Assembly (NCBI GenBank): GCA_029262635.1
Contig: JAJCZA010000028.1
Coordinates: forward strand, 24,437 to 88,436
DNA length: 64,000 bases
Source of the DNA: Vampirovibrionales bacterium
Lineage (GTDB): Bacteria > Cyanobacteriota > Vampirovibrionia > Vampirovibrionales > Vampirovibrionaceae
Direction: 5' to 3'
Below, piece by piece: positions 60,487 to 64,000 of the stretch. The translations under genes and the position numbers were made by a program. The notes beneath the pieces are model-generated. The model saw only the letters and a list, made by a program, of their open reading frames with translations, did not search any database and was not told the origin of the DNA. The first letter of the stretch is position 1; each line of letters starts with the position of its first letter.

Positions 60487-61283
60487 TAAAAAACCTTTTT
60501 ATCCGCCAGTTCTGGCGCGGCGACATCCAGCCGTTTTGCCAGTTCAGGTAAATGACATGTCGGTACCATGGGGTACAAATGGTGTTCCATATGATAAAAC
60601 ATATTATAGGAAATAAAATTTTTGAATTTATTACGCAAGGTGCGGGCAATCCAGTGAGAGCGATCACAGCCATGGTGTACGGTCCAGACCGCGAAAAATG
60701 CGGTAAAACATTGGCCTGTCACCATAACCAATAAATGGTATTTTAAAAAGTGAATATCCAAGACGAAAAAGCCAAAATATAAGAGTGCCACCGTTGTCAA
60801 GAGCTCAAAAAGCATCCAGCGACGAATGCGAGGCGAGCCCAGCTTCCAGGCGGTAACGTGCATCATAAATGGAAAATAAGGCCCCATTCCAATAGCTTTC
60901 CACCAGGGCACCCGAGCGCTCATGGCCTCAACATCCTCATCATTCATGCAGTGCCGATGATGTCGAAGATGATTAAACTGAACGGCATGCATTGAGAAGA
61001 GCATCAAAGCGCTCATCGACCAAATAACCCATTCGGTACCCGTTCGAGATAAGCCAACAGCATAATGGTACGCATTATGAACCAGGCGAAGCCCGGTTAA
61101 AAAGAGCATAAAGGAGCAAAACAACGCCAGAGGATACAACTCAATATGGGCAAAATACCATGACATTAGGGTCCATGGGACCCAGATAAAAAGTTCTGAA
61201 ACAATCTCAATCTTGCTCTGAGCAACCAGATCCTGCCACTTAACCGAACGCACACGTGGATCTGTCAGTACTTCAAGACTCAT
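60486..61283 (-). CDS. membrane fatty-acid-desaturase/hydroxylase superfamily protein
   Basis: Three His boxes: HNAYHY, HLRHHRH and HMEHHLYP. Confidence 0.8.
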   Translation of the reverse strand: MSLEVLTDPRVRSVKWQDLVAQSKIEIVSELFIWVPWTLMSWYFAHIELYPLALFCSFMLFLTGLRLVHNAYHYAVGLSRTGTEWVIWSMSALMLFSMHAVQFNHLRHHRHCMNDEDVEAMSARVPWWKAIGMGPYFPFMMHVTAWKLGSPRIRRWMLFELLTTVALLYFGFFVLDIHFLKYHLLVMVTGQCFTAFFAVWTVHHGCDRSHWIARTLRNKFKNFISYNMFYHMEHHLYPMVPTCHLPELAKRLDVAAPELADKKVF

Positions 61284-61739
61284 AATGAGTGGATACCTTT
61301 TCTAAATCTATCTTTAAAGCGTATATTATCAGAGCAATTCTGATGCTTATTTTATTTTACCATTGAGATTTTTTTATAAAAAGGGATTTCTCAAACATTT
61401 TACCCCTAAAAAACGATGTGCAGAATAAAAGAGATAAGTGTTTCAACGGTTAAATGGGTAGGAAGAATCATTAGTTTAGGTCTTAATATACTTATAGAGA
61501 GCTTCATAAAATCACCTTGACAGCGGGCTAAGCCAAGAAATCTCTTGGGTTAGCACCTTCTTGCCCCATATAACCATTATATATAGAGGCTTTAAGGCAA
61601 AATCTAAAGGTATTTAAAAAATAGTCGAAATATACCATGTATATACAAAAAACTACCGTTCTGGTAGGATAAAACGATGGTAGAACAGGTGTAAAGTAAT
61701 ACAAGTGGTTCTTATATATACTATTTTGAGGTGGATCCA

Positions 61740-62846
61740 ATGGGTTTATTCAAACGGATAATGGCATCGTGTTTATCATTACTTGTCGTGTTTGCCTTTA
61801 CAGGGCTATCTCTTGACGCTAAAGCGCTGGTGATCAGTACTGATACCACCTGGATTGACCCCTCGTCCTTAAATGACAGCCTGATCATTAATCCTGGAGT
61901 TACACTTCGAATTTTAAATGGCAATGCGCTGGATGGCGGCGATCTAATCATTAATTTACCCGATGGTGGACTGTTCCAAATCCAAAGTGGCGGGTTTCTT
62001 AATCTCAATGGCCTTTATAATGGCGGTCGCTCAGGAGATTTGACCGTTAACCTGACAGGACCTTCAGGAAATATCGATATTTCAGGTGTTATTCTGGCCC
62101 AGGGACTGGGAACAGGTCGGGGGGGGATCATCACGCTAAACGGTTCTTCTTTCAACTTACCGAGTACGGGGGTTATTTACGCAAACAGCCCCTATGGGTT
62201 GGGAGGAAACGTAACCCTGAATAATTCGACCGGGGCGATTACAGTCGATAACGGGTTTAGGCTGAACACCACTGGTCAGTCAGACGCAACTCATAACTTA
62301 ATTTCTATTACCGGAACCGGGGTAAATGTGAATGGCATTTTAAATGCGAACGGCACTCTGTCAGGTTCAGGTTCTTCAGGTGGTAGCGTCAAACTATTGG
62401 CCACTGGCGTTAATGGTCATGTGGATGTGGCTAATAATATTCTGGCGGCTGGAACCAAGGGGAAAAATGGCGGTCTAATATCAATCCGAACAACAGGTGC
62501 GGGTGGTGATGTCATTGTAGATAGCGGTGGCCGATTAGTTGCAGCCAGTGCTTCGGGCGGTTCTAATGCGGGCAATGGAGGTAGTATCACACTAAATTCG
62601 AACGATAGAATCTCAATTAACTCAGTAGATGGAAATTATGTGATTAATGTGAACGGTTCCGACGGCCCGACAGTCATTGACGGCAATGGCACGGGTGGTA
62701 GTGTGATCATGAACGCTGCTGGCGATATTGATATTACCGCCACGACAGCAGGTAGCCGTAGCGTGATTGAAGCCAATGGAGCTCGCTCTGGAACAGGTTC
62801 GGGTGGTTTGATTCAGATCCAGCAAGGAAATACCCTAACCCGTTAG
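61740..62846 (+). CDS. secreted beta-helix repeat (adhesin/hemagglutinin-like) protein, 5' part
   Basis: The ATG at 61740 has a GAGGTGG SD. Signal peptide MGLFKRIMASCLSLLVVFAFTGLSLDAKA, then degenerate G/N/T/I-rich ~20-25 aa repeats (..G.I.L...G.I.....). Confidence 0.65.
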   Translation: MGLFKRIMASCLSLLVVFAFTGLSLDAKALVISTDTTWIDPSSLNDSLIINPGVTLRILNGNALDGGDLIINLPDGGLFQIQSGGFLNLNGLYNGGRSGDLTVNLTGPSGNIDISGVILAQGLGTGRGGIITLNGSSFNLPSTGVIYANSPYGLGGNVTLNNSTGAITVDNGFRLNTTGQSDATHNLISITGTGVNVNGILNANGTLSGSGSSGGSVKLLATGVNGHVDVANNILAAGTKGKNGGLISIRTTGAGGDVIVDSGGRLVAASASGGSNAGNGGSITLNSNDRISINSVDGNYVINVNGSDGPTVIDGNGTGGSVIMNAAGDIDITATTAGSRSVIEANGARSGTGSGGLIQIQQGNTLTR

Positions 62847-62865
62847 TGGCACGTCCCCTCGCTTT

Positions 62866-64000
62866 ATGATGAAAGCCAATGGCGGAACCGGAACAGCAAA
62901 TGTTGCATCGGGTAATGGCGGCCAGATCTTTTTAGGGGCTGGTTCTGGTTCCAGTGTCCTGGCAGGTAACGTGAATATGTCAAACGCTTTAGTAGAGGCT
63001 AATGCTGGGCAAGCAGAAACCGTAGCAACCGGTGATGCAGGAACGATTCTACTCTCTTTTGCAGGCAACTATACAGGAAATAAAGCTGTTCTACATTCGT
63101 TTTCCGCCGGAAATGGAGGGGGAGGGAATGTTACGGTAACCTCGACCAGTGGTGGCGATATTACTTTGACTGACACGGCTTCCGCTTTTAGAAACTGGAG
63201 CAATGGAACCGGTGTGGTTAATGTGATCGCTAATAATATTACCAATAATGGAACCATTTCCAGCCGGGCTGCTCGTGTGGCCCATGCGACCCCAAGCCCC
63301 AATGCGAATAGCGGAGGATCTGTTAATATTACGGCCGCAGGAACCCTGACCAACAATGGTGATATTAACGCTTCAGCCTGGTCACCCAGTTTGGAGTGGA
63401 TTAGTACCAATGATGAATCGACGGGTCACGGCGGGAATATCAAAATCATTGCCGGAGCCATGATCAACAATGGCTCCTCGGGGGTGGAGAAAGCCGGACG
63501 GATTTACGCCCATGGCGGCCTAAACACGCAAGGAGCCACGCAAGGCAATGGCGGTAACATCGATATTGATGTGACTGGCGCTTTTTCTGACAATGCCTTT
63601 AGTAAAATCGATAGCCGAGGCAACCCGGTCAACGCATCGGCAACCAATGGCGACAACCGAGTTTCTATTAGCGCTGGCAATATAAATGTTAATGGCCGTG
63701 TCAATGCGTCAGGCTTTTATGCGAACGATCCCGGCGGTTATGTTGAACTCATAACCACCAGTGGGGATTTGAATGTCAACAGTGGTAGTCTGGTCAGCGC
63801 CAGTGGTGGTATTGGTGATGTGTTTAATAATCAGGGCGCAGGCGGTCAGATTGTTCTTAATTCAGCAAACAACATGACGATTGCGGGAAATGTGACGGCT
63901 ATCGGGCAAGCAGGGCTCTTGGGTGGAAATATTGATGCCACGGCAGCTGGGTTGCTGTTAGTTTCAGGTACAGGCATTTTAGATACGAGTGGCTCCTCAA
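62866..64000 (+). CDS. continuation of beta-helix repeat protein in +1 frame (runs off right edge)
   Basis: Hand translation of frame 1 is open from 62839 to 64000, with the same repeat type (MMKANGGTGTANVASGNGGQIFLGAGSG...). It has no signal peptide of its own, and the first ATG is at 62866. Confidence 0.6.
   Translation, partial: MMKANGGTGTANVASGNGGQIFLGAGSGSSVLAGNVNMSNALVEANAGQAETVATGDAGTILLSFAGNYTGNKAVLHSFSAGNGGGGNVTVTSTSGGDITLTDTASAFRNWSNGTGVVNVIANNITNNGTISSRAARVAHATPSPNANSGGSVNITAAGTLTNNGDINASAWSPSLEWISTNDESTGHGGNIKIIAGAMINNGSSGVEKAGRIYAHGGLNTQGATQGNGGNIDIDVTGAFSDNAFSKIDSRGNPVNASATNGDNRVSISAGNINVNGRVNASGFYANDPGGYVELITTSGDLNVNSGSLVSASGGIGDVFNNQGAGGQIVLNSANNMTIAGNVTAIGQAGLLGGNIDATAAGLLLVSGTGILDTSGSS

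Overview
This is a 64 kb stretch of bacterial chromosome, densely coded on both strands. It looks moderately AT-rich by eye; GC content was not computed. All homology calls come from reading the supplied translations against remembered family motifs. No database search was run.

Recognisable housekeeping genes, in order:
- hppD, acpS, engB, fabI, and a UbiD-family decarboxylase
- a purC-purS fusion followed by purQ
- an aldehyde dehydrogenase, a PaaI thioesterase, and a large FadE-like acyl-CoA dehydrogenase
- a TSUP permease, rseP, a type-3B transaldolase, a double-length M16 peptidase, and a GT2 glycosyltransferase
- rpsB-tsf-pyrH, tRNA-Pro(CGG), a GGT-family protein, slyD, an adenosine/adenine deaminase, and a SpoU methyltransferase
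- a desaturase-containing operon

Between these lie many lineage-specific secreted, lipoprotein and low-complexity proteins.

The most unusual items:
1. Two cysteine-free proteins with no signal peptide. One has a eukaryote-style vWD 'GDPH' domain. The other has two perfect (Gly-Asn-Ala)n collagen-like arrays. Both contain a similar Met/Gln-rich segment.
2. An orphan Tad-like module: divergent TadG-like genes (one with a vWA domain), an acidic lipoprotein and a MerR/coiled-coil protein. A 306-aa protein with an Flp-type prepilin N-terminus lies 9 kb away.
3. A lipoprotein c-type cytochrome fused to a ribosomal L7/L12 C-terminal domain.
4. A diverged duplicate of the ubiD 3' end bracketing a ~1 kb insertion.
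5. A decayed integrated element at tRNA-Pro, where the large serine recombinase ORF ends inside the tRNA acceptor stem.
6. A beta-helix adhesin-like gene interrupted by a +1 frame change.

I found no rRNA, no CRISPR array and no recognisable defence or toxin-antitoxin cassette. None of the candidate systems can be proven from sequence alone.
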